Below, piece after piece: positions 1-8,412 of a DNA stretch of 18,550 nucleotides; the stretch's first letter is position 1, and each line of letters opens with the position of its first letter. Made by a program: the position numbers and the translations under genes. Source of the DNA: Prasinococcaceae sp. CCMP 1430 (lineage: Eukaryota > Plantae > Prasinodermophyta); contig RQSC01000004.1 in assembly GCA_013416795.1 (NCBI GenBank), positions 125,474 through 144,023 on the forward strand. Reading direction: 5' to 3'. The notes below the pieces were generated by a model. It was given only the letters and a program-made list of their open reading frames with translations, was not told the DNA's origin and ran no database searches.

Positions 1-254
1 GCGGTGGAGGTGCGGGGGTCGGGGGGAAGGGAGTCGAGGTAGGCGACCACCGCCTTGCCATCGCCCGCGGTGAGCAGAGCCGCATCGAGGACGCAGTTGA
101 CGTCGGCGATCTTGTCGAGGAGGGCGTTGCCAAGCGCCTCCTTGCGGGCAGCGGTGAGCCTGTCAGGGTGGACGTGCATGCGCAGCTTGCGTTGCTGGGA
201 CTTGGCGAGCGCGACCACTTTGGCGGCGCGTCCACTGGCATGAGTGAAAGCTAG
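1..254 (-). CDS. J-domain-like (HPD) coding segment, partial, running off the window edge; same frame as the upstream RLE ORF
   Basis: The frame immediately after the TAG at 255-257 stays open for 84 codons to the edge: LAFTHASGRAAKVVALAKSQQRKLRMHVHPDRLTAARKEALGNALLDKIADVNCVLDAALLTAGDGKAVVAYLDSLPPDPRTST. RKLRMHVHPDR matches J-domain helix II plus HPD (HPD at 162-170). DKIADVNCVL resembles helix III. Codons are GC3-rich. There is no ATG before helix II. Confidence 0.6.
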
Positions 255-1835
255 CTATCCGCCCGCAGCGCTGCCGCGAGAGCGGCGCCTGGGGCGATCG
301 TGTGTGTGCACGCCGCACGCGCGGAGCACGCATGCCGACGATGAACTGTGCAGGCCGTCGGCAAGGACTCGAAGGACCTTATCCTTCGCCCAGCAGCCTG
401 AGTCCGCTGCCTCGTCCCGGTTGGTGAAGAGGTGACGGATGACACCCGTGGTGGACCTGTGCGCACGGCCCAGGGTGTCGAACGCCAGCGGGTGGAACTG
501 GATGCCGTGGTGCGAGCAGATCTTCGCGTACTTCTGGCGGTGGGCCTTGTAGAGGCGCTCCAGGCCCGCCGCCGTGGACGGGTTCGCGCCTGCCATGTTG
601 ACCTTGGCTGACGGGTCCGTGAAGGTGACGTCCAGGCAGTGTCTGCGTCCAGTCTTGGTGTCGGTGATGACTAGGTCCGAGCGCAAGTCAGTGGGCTGGC
701 CATTTTCGTCAGTACCGAACGAGTACTCAAACGAGTTGCTCGAGCTGGGGCCGTTAGTGTGCACGCGGTAGTCGGTGCGGCGAGCGACCTTCGCGAAGTT
801 GCGCACGAAGCGGTTATGGCGGTAGGTGCGCTCTCCGGCTGTCGACGTGCAGACCGTGGCGTGGGCGCCGTTGATGCCTGCTGCAGAGTGGCACGAAGGA
901 GCATGTGGGGCGTCCGGAGAGACGAGCGTCGACTGAAGCCCGAAGCGACGACACCAGGCCATGCAGTAGCCGCGCTCTGTGGTGCGAGGCATGAGCAGGT
1001 CTTGTGGGGAGCCGAAGCGGTCTCTGTAGACGGGGTGCATGAACGTGCGATGCATGTCGTTGTCCTTGTGCAAGACGGATTCGAGGCGAACGCGGTCCTC
1101 CGTTGTAACGGTGGAGAGGGTGAGGAGCTCGTTCTTGATGAGTCCGTCGACGGCCTTCTGCAGGGTGTTCTGGCAGACGGCAGCCGGGATTGACATGGAA
1201 TCTGGGTCGGCATTCGCGGGAAACGGTGGAACCAGGGGCTCGTCGTCGGTGTTGAGCATGGTCTGCAGGGCCTCGTACACATCAACGTCCGCGCCCCGCC
1301 CGAGGGCGTGCTGGACCACGTGCGCCTTGCCGTCTTTCGTTGCCTCCCAGAGCAGCTGATCAACACAGCTTTCAGTCTTCTCCTGAAGATACGTGAGCAG
1401 CCAGTCGCGCTCCTCTTGCGCCTCGCCCACAGCGGTCGCATTGACACCCAGTGCCTGCGTCGCCAGCAGCAGTGCCTGCCGCGCCGTCTCCGCCGACGCG
1501 GCCGCGCTGCCACCGCCAGTGCCTCCTGCACCGCTCGCGTAACCCGGCGCTCCGGCTTTTTGCCCGCACGCGGTGTGTGCTGCGGCGGGAGCGCGCGCGT
1601 GTGCACCCGCGTGCCACATGGATGCACCTGTAAGAGAGCTCGGGATGAGGGGGAACACCCTCCTCACAGCCCTTCGCGTGCACGCCCGCGTCGCCGCCGC
1701 GCCGCACCCACCGCGCGTGCGCGGGTCGTGCGTCACAGTGCCTCCGCTGTTCTTGCAGTGCCTCCTGTGCGCGCAGTGGCGCCGCAGCGGCGGGCAGCGC
1801 GCGCACAAAAAGTCAGCTGTCACATCGAGCGCCAA
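255..1835 (-). CDS. Ankyrin-like repeat + non-LTR retroelement-type zinc knuckle/RLE nuclease protein, no RT (true start uncertain; first in-frame ATG at 1619)
   Basis: Uninterrupted 526-codon ORF with GC3-rich codons over roughly 312-1500. Ankyrin-like VDQLLWEATKDGKAHVVQHALGRGADVDV at 1278-1364. RLE motifs in the C-terminal half. The 5' part (1520-1835) is low complexity and may be UTR or intron. Confidence 0.7.
   Translation of the reverse strand: MALDVTADFLCARCPPLRRHCAHRRHCKNSGGTVTHDPRTRGGCGAAATRACTRRAVRRVFPLIPSSLTGASMWHAGAHARAPAAAHTACGQKAGAPGYASGAGGTGGGSAAASAETARQALLLATQALGVNATAVGEAQEERDWLLTYLQEKTESCVDQLLWEATKDGKAHVVQHALGRGADVDVYEALQTMLNTDDEPLVPPFPANADPDSMSIPAAVCQNTLQKAVDGLIKNELLTLSTVTTEDRVRLESVLHKDNDMHRTFMHPVYRDRFGSPQDLLMPRTTERGYCMAWCRRFGLQSTLVSPDAPHAPSCHSAAGINGAHATVCTSTAGERTYRHNRFVRNFAKVARRTDYRVHTNGPSSSNSFEYSFGTDENGQPTDLRSDLVITDTKTGRRHCLDVTFTDPSAKVNMAGANPSTAAGLERLYKAHRQKYAKICSHHGIQFHPLAFDTLGRAHRSTTGVIRHLFTNRDEAADSGCWAKDKVLRVLADGLHSSSSACVLRACGVHTHDRPRRRSRGSAAGG
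312..1172 (-). mobile_element. CRE/R2-superfamily non-LTR retrotransposon-derived 3' module (post-RT linker, CCHC-like knuckle, RLE)
   Basis: Motifs occur in the order known for RLE-type elements: QNTLQKAVD..DRVRLES..RRFGL linker, C-x9-H-x3-C knuckle (849-893), RH (816-821), RSD (675-683), LDVTF (D at 630-632), HRQKY (528-542), PLAFDTLG (471-494), then a terminal helix. No YxDD or other RT motif is visible upstream. No poly(A) or TSD is identifiable. Confidence 0.7.
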
Positions 1836-1920
1836 GAACGCGGGAACGGGAACGTGAACAAAGCCGTATCAAATTGCATGCATTCGCACGCGCCTGCGGG
1901 CTCACAGGCGCGCACAAAAA
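1799..1920. repeat. 13-bp direct repeat GCGCGCACAAAAA x2
   Basis: Identical copies at 1799-1811 and 1908-1920, upstream of the RLE ORF. Confidence 0.8.
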
Positions 1921-2105
1921 TGTGCGTTCGCGCATTCTTCCGTCGCCGCCGTGCACCAGTGTGCGGGCATTCATTCGCATGTTTGGGGGCACCGAATCTG
2001 GCGAGTGCGGGCATCACCTTGAAAAGAGCCATACCAAATTGCACGCATTGGAGGCCGGTTCTGACCACCTCGCAACGGCGTGCATTGATGCGGCGTGCGC
2101 GCTCT

Positions 2106-2139
2106 GGGAGGGGTGGGGGTGGGGGTGGGGGTCGGGGGG
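2106..2139 (+). other. G-quadruplex-forming tract
   Basis: GGGAGGGGTGGGGGTGGGGGTGGGGGTCGGGGGG: six runs of 3 or more G with 1-2 nt loops. Confidence 0.7.
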
Positions 2140-2234
2140 CACACATGGCAAGGACGTTCGGTGCGGTCAACCCTATCTCTTACTAGTACTAATTCGCGTG
2201 GGCGGCCGGCCCGGTCGCTTGTTGCCGCTGCCAA

Positions 2235-4190
2235 TCAGATCCTCTGCAGCTTGAGCCTCTTGGCGAGCTTGGCCTTGTACTCGTGGATTGTGCCGTCGTA
2301 GCGCTTGACGGACTTGTCCTCGCACACCCAAATCTCCTGAGCTACCTTGTCGATCAGCCTGAAGTCGTGGCTCACAAGCACCACGCCGCCATCGAATGCG
2401 TTGATCGCATCTGCCAGCCCATCAATGGCGTCGGTGTCCAGGTGGTTGGTGGGCTCGTCCAGCAGCAGGAGGTTGTTGGCCTTCATGGCGATCATGGCGA
2501 ACACGATCCGCGACTTCTGCCCGTCGCTCAGCTTGGCGATCTCGGTGTTCTGCTGCCGCGTGTCAAAGCCGAAGCCCGTGAGATACGATCGCCAGAGCTC
2601 ATCCGAGCGCTTGACCTTGCTCGGGGGGAACTGCTTCTTCATGAACGCCAGCACGGACAGGGAAGGGTCGAGCACATCGGCCGAGTGCTGGTGGTACTTG
2701 CCGAGCACCAGGTGGGGGTGGCGGCTGACAGTGCCCGACGTGGGCAAGAGCTCGCCCGTCATGAGCTTCAGCAGCGTGCTTTTGCCGCAGCCGTTCGGTC
2801 CTACCAACGCCACGCGCGAGTCACAGTCCACCCCCAGCTCCAAGTCTTCGTACAGGTAGTCCTCCGCCTTGCCACTGTAGGCGAAGCTGACGTCGCTGAA
2901 TGGCAACACGGGTGGCGGGATCTTAGTGCAGTCCTGAAAGCGGAAGGTGAGCGTCTGCTGGAGCTCAACGGGCTTCTCCACAGCCTCGGCCTCGACCTTC
3001 TCCAACACCTTCTTCTTCGACTTCGCCGACGTCGCTACCCCATTGGCACGGTTCACGCGCACGAACGTCTCCAGCTTCTCCATGTCGGCTTTTTGCTTCT
3101 CGTAGAGCTTGCGTTGCACCTTGGCGTCCGCGTCGACCTGCCGCACGAAAGTGTTGTAGTTGCCGCCGTAGTACTTGAGTAGGCGATTGTTGAGCCACAC
3201 GGTATGCGTGCAGACAGCGTTGAGAAAGTCCTGCGAGTGGCTGATGACCATCAGGCACTTGCTGTAGCGCGACAGGTGGTCCTCGAGCCACACGCAGGCC
3301 TCGAGGTCAAGGTGGTTGGTGGGCTCGTCCAGCAGCAGCAGCGAGGGGGCAGCGAAGAGCGCCTTGGCCAGACTCACGCGCATGCGCCAGCCGCCGCTCA
3401 TCTTCTTGGTCTGCCGATCCATGGGCACGATTGCGTCGTTGAAGCCCAGGCCACTGAGGATCTTGCGAGCGCGCGGCTCGGCGCCGGTGAGGTCCAGCTC
3501 GTCGAGGCGGTTGGCGATGGCGTCGAGGCGCTCGTCTTCGGGCCCCGACTCCTCGATGATGGACTCGTTGAGGTCCTCGAGCCGCTTCGCCTCGTCGCGA
3601 ACGTGCGCTATGACGGCCTCAACGGCGGTCTGCTCGGTGCCAGGCGCCTCCTCGTGCAGCAGGAAGCAGTCGATGTGGCCCGGCAGCGGCACCTCGCGCT
3701 GCGCGATCGCGGCGAGGACGTTGCTCTTGCCGCTGCCGTTGGAGCCGATGATGCCGTATCGGCACCCCTGGTTGAGCTCGATGCGCGTGTCCTGCACGAG
3801 CTGATTGCCCGCCACGGAGAGCGTGAAAGCCTCAATCGCGACGTCCTGCGACGTTTTGGCGGACGCGAGCACGCCCGTCACGGCGCGCACCGCCGCCACC
3901 ACCCGCTGGCCTTCGGTCAGACCGGTCGCGTCGCCGCTGATGCTCAGATCGTCGACCGCCGCCGCGACGCCCTCAGCGCCATCACCCACGTCCTTCGTCG
4001 CGCCGCCCGCCTTGGCCGCCTTCTTGGCGGCTCGCGCCGCCGCGCGCTCGGCCTTGAGTGCTGCCGCGCGAGCCTTCTTCGCCGCCTTTGCGTCCGCCGA
4101 TGCGGCGTTCTGCGCCATCAACGCCTCGGTCTCGGCCTCCTTTGCCTTGCGCGCGTCGCGCGCAGCGTACACATCGGCGCTGTCTGCCAT
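2235..4190 (-). CDS. ABCF2: ABC-F family translation-associated ATPase, ABCF2/Arb1 type (651 aa, intronless)
   Basis: Two ABC cassettes and no TM segments. Walker A GSNGSGKS and GPNGCGKS, signatures MSGGW and LSDGQ, Walker B LLLLDEPTNHLD twice, H-loop ISHSQDFLN and VSHDFRLI, YYGGNY linker. The ATG at 4190 (MADSAD) begins a Lys/Ala-rich N-terminus. The ORF-track extension to 4574 is low-complexity non-coding sequence. Confidence 0.93.
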   Translation of the reverse strand: MADSADVYAARDARKAKEAETEALMAQNAASADAKAAKKARAAALKAERAAARAAKKAAKAGGATKDVGDGAEGVAAAVDDLSISGDATGLTEGQRVVAAVRAVTGVLASAKTSQDVAIEAFTLSVAGNQLVQDTRIELNQGCRYGIIGSNGSGKSNVLAAIAQREVPLPGHIDCFLLHEEAPGTEQTAVEAVIAHVRDEAKRLEDLNESIIEESGPEDERLDAIANRLDELDLTGAEPRARKILSGLGFNDAIVPMDRQTKKMSGGWRMRVSLAKALFAAPSLLLLDEPTNHLDLEACVWLEDHLSRYSKCLMVISHSQDFLNAVCTHTVWLNNRLLKYYGGNYNTFVRQVDADAKVQRKLYEKQKADMEKLETFVRVNRANGVATSAKSKKKVLEKVEAEAVEKPVELQQTLTFRFQDCTKIPPPVLPFSDVSFAYSGKAEDYLYEDLELGVDCDSRVALVGPNGCGKSTLLKLMTGELLPTSGTVSRHPHLVLGKYHQHSADVLDPSLSVLAFMKKQFPPSKVKRSDELWRSYLTGFGFDTRQQNTEIAKLSDGQKSRIVFAMIAMKANNLLLLDEPTNHLDTDAIDGLADAINAFDGGVVLVSHDFRLIDKVAQEIWVCEDKSVKRYDGTIHEYKAKLAKRLKLQRI

Positions 4191-4225
4191 CGCACGCGGC
4201 TTGCAGCGCGCCCGCGTCGCGCCGG

Positions 4226-4275
4226 TCAGGCGAGGCGAGGCGAGGCGAGGCGAGGCGAGGCGAGGCGAGGTCAGG
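4226..4275. repeat. (CGAGG)8 pentanucleotide microsatellite flanked by TCAGG on both sides
   Basis: Eight perfect CGAGG units at 4231-4270, with TCAGG at 4226-4230 and 4271-4275. About 40 nt upstream of the ABCF ATG. Confidence 0.95.
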
Positions 4276-4698
4276 CCAGCCGCGACGGCCGGCGCCCGCT
4301 CCGGTGCGCGCGGTCCTGGCAGCCAAGCGGCGGCTCGCGCGCGCGGCCGCGGCGGCCCCGGATGGACGGGCGCCCCGCGCGCTGATGCTGATGGGGCTGT
4401 GCCTCTCGGCGGCGCCCAGTCGAAACCGAAAGCGAAAACGAACGAGGACGCACTTTGGTTTGGGTTTGGGCCGCAGCGCAGGGAAAAGACAAAGAAAATG
4501 CGAGCATGCGGATGCAGATCAAATGAAAACGCAGAATGTGAAATTGGCTTGCAAAATGATGGCAAGCGGCGCACAGAAGCGCAGACGGGATGGGGCAGAG
4601 CCCCTCCCCGCGGGCGCTGCTGCTGCGGTGCCGCCGCAACGCCCCGCGCGCGCGGCGCACCCCATAGATGCTAGAGTAACATAGCTACATGTACGCAC

Positions 4699-7281
4699 TT
4701 ACAGCAAGCCAAAGGGGTTGTCCGGTGCGGCGGCCGGTGCGCTGCTGAAGATGTCGGGCATGGGCGCGCTCGAGGCGGGCTGAGCCTGCGCATGCAACGC
4801 AGCAGCTGGCGCGGCGGGGCCCACGCCGACCCCAGACCCGACGCTCATTCCAGCAAAGAAGTCAGTCGGCGCAGCCATAGCGGGGGAATATCTCGGCGGC
4901 GGCGCCAGAGGAGGCACGGCCGCTCGCGTGCTGCCGCTCGCCGCCCCCGAAGCCGCGCCACGATGAGTGCTCTCAAGATTGACTGTGCCGACGCTGCTGA
5001 AGTTGCTGCCGTCCAAACTCCCGCCGGTGCGGATGCTTGCAGGGCCCGTGGGCACAGCGTGTGCGGCGGGTGCAATGCTGAACGGGTCCGAAGCAGACGG
5101 CGTAGGTGCAGGCACCGCGAAGGCCCCAGAGGGGGCAGCCAACGCAGCAGGCTTGAGCGCATCGTCCCAGTTGCCCGTGGCCGCGGGTGTCGGCCTGCCC
5201 GCATACGCTCCCGAGCTCGCGCGCGCCGCTCCCGTCGTCCCGACCGTCGAAACATCACCTCGCGCAGTGGCCGCGACGACCTCACTGGCGGCGTGCTTGT
5301 CCCCGTATTGTGCTTGAATGCGATCGAGGATTGCATGCACCGCGGCGCTCGTTTGAGCAAATGTGCTGCCCGATTGCCCGCGCGCCACCAGCAGCGGGCA
5401 AAGCAGCGGCAAGACCTTGCTGGCAGCGATCTCCAGCCCCGCTTTGTCCCCAATCGCCGACGCGCAGCGTACGACAGCGCCCAGCACCGGCGGGCTACCA
5501 TCTGCGGCAACTACCGCGGCGAGCGATGCACACATTTGTTCGAGCAACTGGCGGTCGCCAGACATGTACTCGGAGGCGAGCTCCCGCATGGCGTCGACGG
5601 CGAGCACTTTGTGCTCTGGCAGGCCCTCCGTGCCCTTGACGTGCAAACGCGGCATCAGGCTCTTCTTGGCTATGGCGTAGTCGACCTTCCCCGCCAGTCC
5701 CGGCGCGCAGGCAATGGCCGCTTGGACCACGGCATCATCTTTGCTGTCGATGCCCTTGCACACGAGCGGCAGCAGGTCGGCCTCGATCGCCGCCTTATCG
5801 GGGTAGCGCTCTGCGAGCATGTCCGCGGCGCCGAGCAACAACACGAAAGCCTCCGCTTCGCCGCCGCTTGCTACCTTGCCGAAGCAGCCCCGCAGCCCTG
5901 CGAGGGTTGTGCGCTGGAAGGCCTCCGGGGATTGCCCCGCCGCCACGTCGAGCACCACTCGCAGCGTCGCAAGGCGCATCGTGTCGTCGCGAAGCTCGGC
6001 GAGCAGAGGCGGCAGCACGTGCAGTTCGAGCACTCGCGCCGGCAGCGCTCGCCAGCCGCTGCCTGGTGCGCGCGAGCCGAGCATCTGCAGGAACTGCGCC
6101 TTGTGCACAGGATTGCGTTCAAGCATGCGGCTCAAGAAGCGCACCATGCGCACCTGCACGTCAGCTGTAAAGAAAGGCACGCCCAGGAGCGCGGCTGCGG
6201 CGGGGCGATGCGACGGATTCGCAGAGAGGGCCAGCAGGAGGTCGCGGCGAGGGCCGGCCTCCACACCCGCGAATGCTCCCAGGGTCCCGATCGACTCCAC
6301 ATCCCTCTTGTACGCGAGCATGTCGTGCCCGCACCGGAGCAGCGGCGAGCGCGCCAGCAGCTCGTGCAGCAGGGCCGCCACCGAGAAGACATCTGCCGCC
6401 GGGGTGGGGGCCGCGCCGCTCACCACCTCGGGCGCGGTGTACGCCAGCAGCGGCGCCGTTGGCAGCGCGTGCGCGCGTGAGCTGGACGCTTCGCCTCCTC
6501 CGAATCCCCTGGCCTCGAAGCCGCTCTCGTCTTCCCACCGGAAGTGCTGCGCCCCTGCTGCGCCCATCCCGCCCACACCCGGCGGCAGGGCGTCGACGCC
6601 CCCCAGCCCTCCCTCCACACTGCTGTGGGCGTGTTCGAAGCCGCAGAGCTTCCACTGGCCGCCGGTCGTGACCACAACGCTCTCGGGCGACACGGCGGCG
6701 TGCGCCAATGCGGTTCCGTGCAGGAATGCGATCGTATCCAGCAGCTGCATGGCGCCTACCTTGGCCTCGACAGGACTCAGCTCCACGTCCTTGAGTGTCT
6801 TGGGCACGCGCGCGAGGTTGTCATAGCGCTCGAGCAGGTTGGCCGCGCTGCCCATCACGGGCTCCGTGACGAGGGCGATGCCGGCCTTGGACTCGTCCAG
6901 CGGCTGCACGAGGTGAATCACGCCGGGATGGCGGAGCTTTCCCATCCGCTGCGCGCCCGCTCGCACGAGCGCCACGAAGCGCTCGACCTGCGCGCGACGC
7001 GCCTTGTCGGCGCCCGGCCCCGCCAGCGCGCGCTTGTCGAGCAGCCACACGGAGACGGCGCCACGATCGCCCTTGGTGGCCAGCGGCCTCGCGTCGTACA
7101 CCCTGAACGCCAGCGCAGGGCCTGCACTCGCGACCTGCGCGCCGAGGATCTCGTAGTGCTTGTACACCCTCAGTCCGGGGATGGTGCCCAGGAGCGCCGA
7201 CTCGACCTTGTTCACCGAGTGGGACACCTTGCGCGCCGCGTCCTGCGCCCCGTCGGCGACGGCCGTAAAGAACTTCTTCAT
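4699..7281 (-). CDS. SCYL2: SCY1-like pseudokinase with HEAT repeats, SCYL2/CVAK104 type (860 aa, intronless)
   Basis: Motifs KLRHPGVIHLVQPLDESK, LVTEPVMGSAAN, FLHGTALAHAAVSPESV and GQWKLCGF, lacking catalytic HRD/DFG. Followed by helical HEAT-like repeats (KAQFLQML, VLPPLLAEL, LMPRL) and a Pro/Ala/Ser-rich tail with DPF and NPF. ATG at 7281 (MKKFF). Confidence 0.88.
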   Translation of the reverse strand: MKKFFTAVADGAQDAARKVSHSVNKVESALLGTIPGLRVYKHYEILGAQVASAGPALAFRVYDARPLATKGDRGAVSVWLLDKRALAGPGADKARRAQVERFVALVRAGAQRMGKLRHPGVIHLVQPLDESKAGIALVTEPVMGSAANLLERYDNLARVPKTLKDVELSPVEAKVGAMQLLDTIAFLHGTALAHAAVSPESVVVTTGGQWKLCGFEHAHSSVEGGLGGVDALPPGVGGMGAAGAQHFRWEDESGFEARGFGGGEASSSRAHALPTAPLLAYTAPEVVSGAAPTPAADVFSVAALLHELLARSPLLRCGHDMLAYKRDVESIGTLGAFAGVEAGPRRDLLLALSANPSHRPAAAALLGVPFFTADVQVRMVRFLSRMLERNPVHKAQFLQMLGSRAPGSGWRALPARVLELHVLPPLLAELRDDTMRLATLRVVLDVAAGQSPEAFQRTTLAGLRGCFGKVASGGEAEAFVLLLGAADMLAERYPDKAAIEADLLPLVCKGIDSKDDAVVQAAIACAPGLAGKVDYAIAKKSLMPRLHVKGTEGLPEHKVLAVDAMRELASEYMSGDRQLLEQMCASLAAVVAADGSPPVLGAVVRCASAIGDKAGLEIAASKVLPLLCPLLVARGQSGSTFAQTSAAVHAILDRIQAQYGDKHAASEVVAATARGDVSTVGTTGAARASSGAYAGRPTPAATGNWDDALKPAALAAPSGAFAVPAPTPSASDPFSIAPAAHAVPTGPASIRTGGSLDGSNFSSVGTVNLESTHRGAASGAASGSTRAAVPPLAPPPRYSPAMAAPTDFFAGMSVGSGVGVGPAAPAAALHAQAQPASSAPMPDIFSSAPAAAPDNPFGLL

Positions 7282-8412
7282 GGCGGGCACCGCGCGGCAC
7301 CCCACCGGCCGCGCCGCGTAGCTCCGCCGCCCCCGCGCTGGGGCCGTCCGTCCGCGGCCCGGCGGCGCGCGGCGCGGCACCTGTGCCACCCCCTCCCCCT
7401 GCTCCGCATCTCAGCAGGGCGCGCGGCGGCGCTGCCGCCGCGAGGCGCAACAGCAACAGCCAGCCAGCCATGCCACGCTCGGTCCCCAAAACTGTGATAC
7501 CAAGTCGCGGCACTCTCATGATCTCAGTCAGCTCAGCGCGCGGCCCGGACATGGGCATGCGCGGGATCCGGATCCCAGTCCGCGGCTGCGGCCGGCCGGC
7601 CTGAAGGTACGGTGGGGCGCCTGTCGCCCATTCGGGCCTGGCCTCGGTGCGCGTGGGCGGCAACCGCGGGCGCGCATTCCGCTCCAGCGTCCCCCGTCTG
7701 CGCAACGGGTGGGTGCGCTCAGTCAGTCTGCCCCCGCGCCGTTTGCACGGCTGGCCGGCGCCGCGAGCGCTGGCTGGAGTCATCCTCATCCGCCTTGCCC
7801 GCACCTGGCACCTGGGCACAGCGCGGTGGTTGTTGTCGGGGCCGGCCCCGATCCATGCAACCTCAAGTAGGTTCAACCACGGCGGCGCGTTCGAGTTCCC
7901 CGGCGCGGTTTGAGCTGTGCACGCACGCACGACGGCAGGTAACCTGCCGCGCCAAGCGGGCACACCGGCCGGCGGGGGCGGGCCTCCCTGCAGCCGCCGC
8001 GGAGGGGCGGCACGACGCCCGGTGCGGCGGGAGGACGGGCAGGAAGGCGGAGGGGGGGGCGAGGGGGGAGGGGGGAGGGAGGGGCCCAGGGAGCGGAGCG
8101 CCGCGCGTGCCACAGCGGGCGCTCCGGCGCGGCAGCGCCCGTGCTAGCAGCGGGCGCGCGCGAGTCCGCCCCCTGTCCGGCACCTGCGCGCCCCTCAGCA
8201 GCGGACACGCCCGTTCCGCGCGGGGCGCAGGGGGTGCACAAGGGGGCGCAGGGTTGGTGCCGGGGGGTGGCAGGCGTGCTCGCCCCGCTCGCGCGCGTGC
8301 AGGGCGGACGGAGCACGGCGCGGCGGGGAGGGCAAGGGAAAGAGGGCGAGGGGGGGACGCCTTTCGCCCTCGCGTCTGACCACTTGCTCGCACGCCGACG
8401 GCGCGCATCGCG
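7282..8412. promoter_or_regulatory. Divergent intergenic/promoter region between the SCYL2-like gene (-) and the Kv channel gene (+), containing a G-quadruplex tract at 8052-8091
   Basis: Head-to-head gene arrangement and no convincing coding frame. G-runs GGGGGGGG, GGGGGG, GGGGGG, GGG and GGGG at 8052-8084. Confidence 0.55.

Noticed and set aside
4191-4574. 128-aa N-terminal extension of ABCF in the ORF track
   Set aside because: It crosses the (CGAGG)8 microsatellite and T-rich non-coding sequence; ATG 4190 gives a typical ABCF2 length and N-terminus.
2283-7497. Long plus-strand ORFs opposite ABCF and SCYL2 (for example 2283..3182, 3204..4385, 4792..6480, 5819..6826)
   Set aside because: Antisense shadows expected from strong GC3 bias; no recognisable domains.
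7563-7576. Perfect 14-bp palindrome GGGATCCGGATCCC
   Set aside because: Isolated, with no partner copy or flanking element structure; plausible by chance in 18 kb of GC-rich DNA.
7860-7915. GTTCGAGTTCCC tRNA-like word in the divergent promoter
   Set aside because: No cloverleaf can be folded; spacing does not fit a T-arm.
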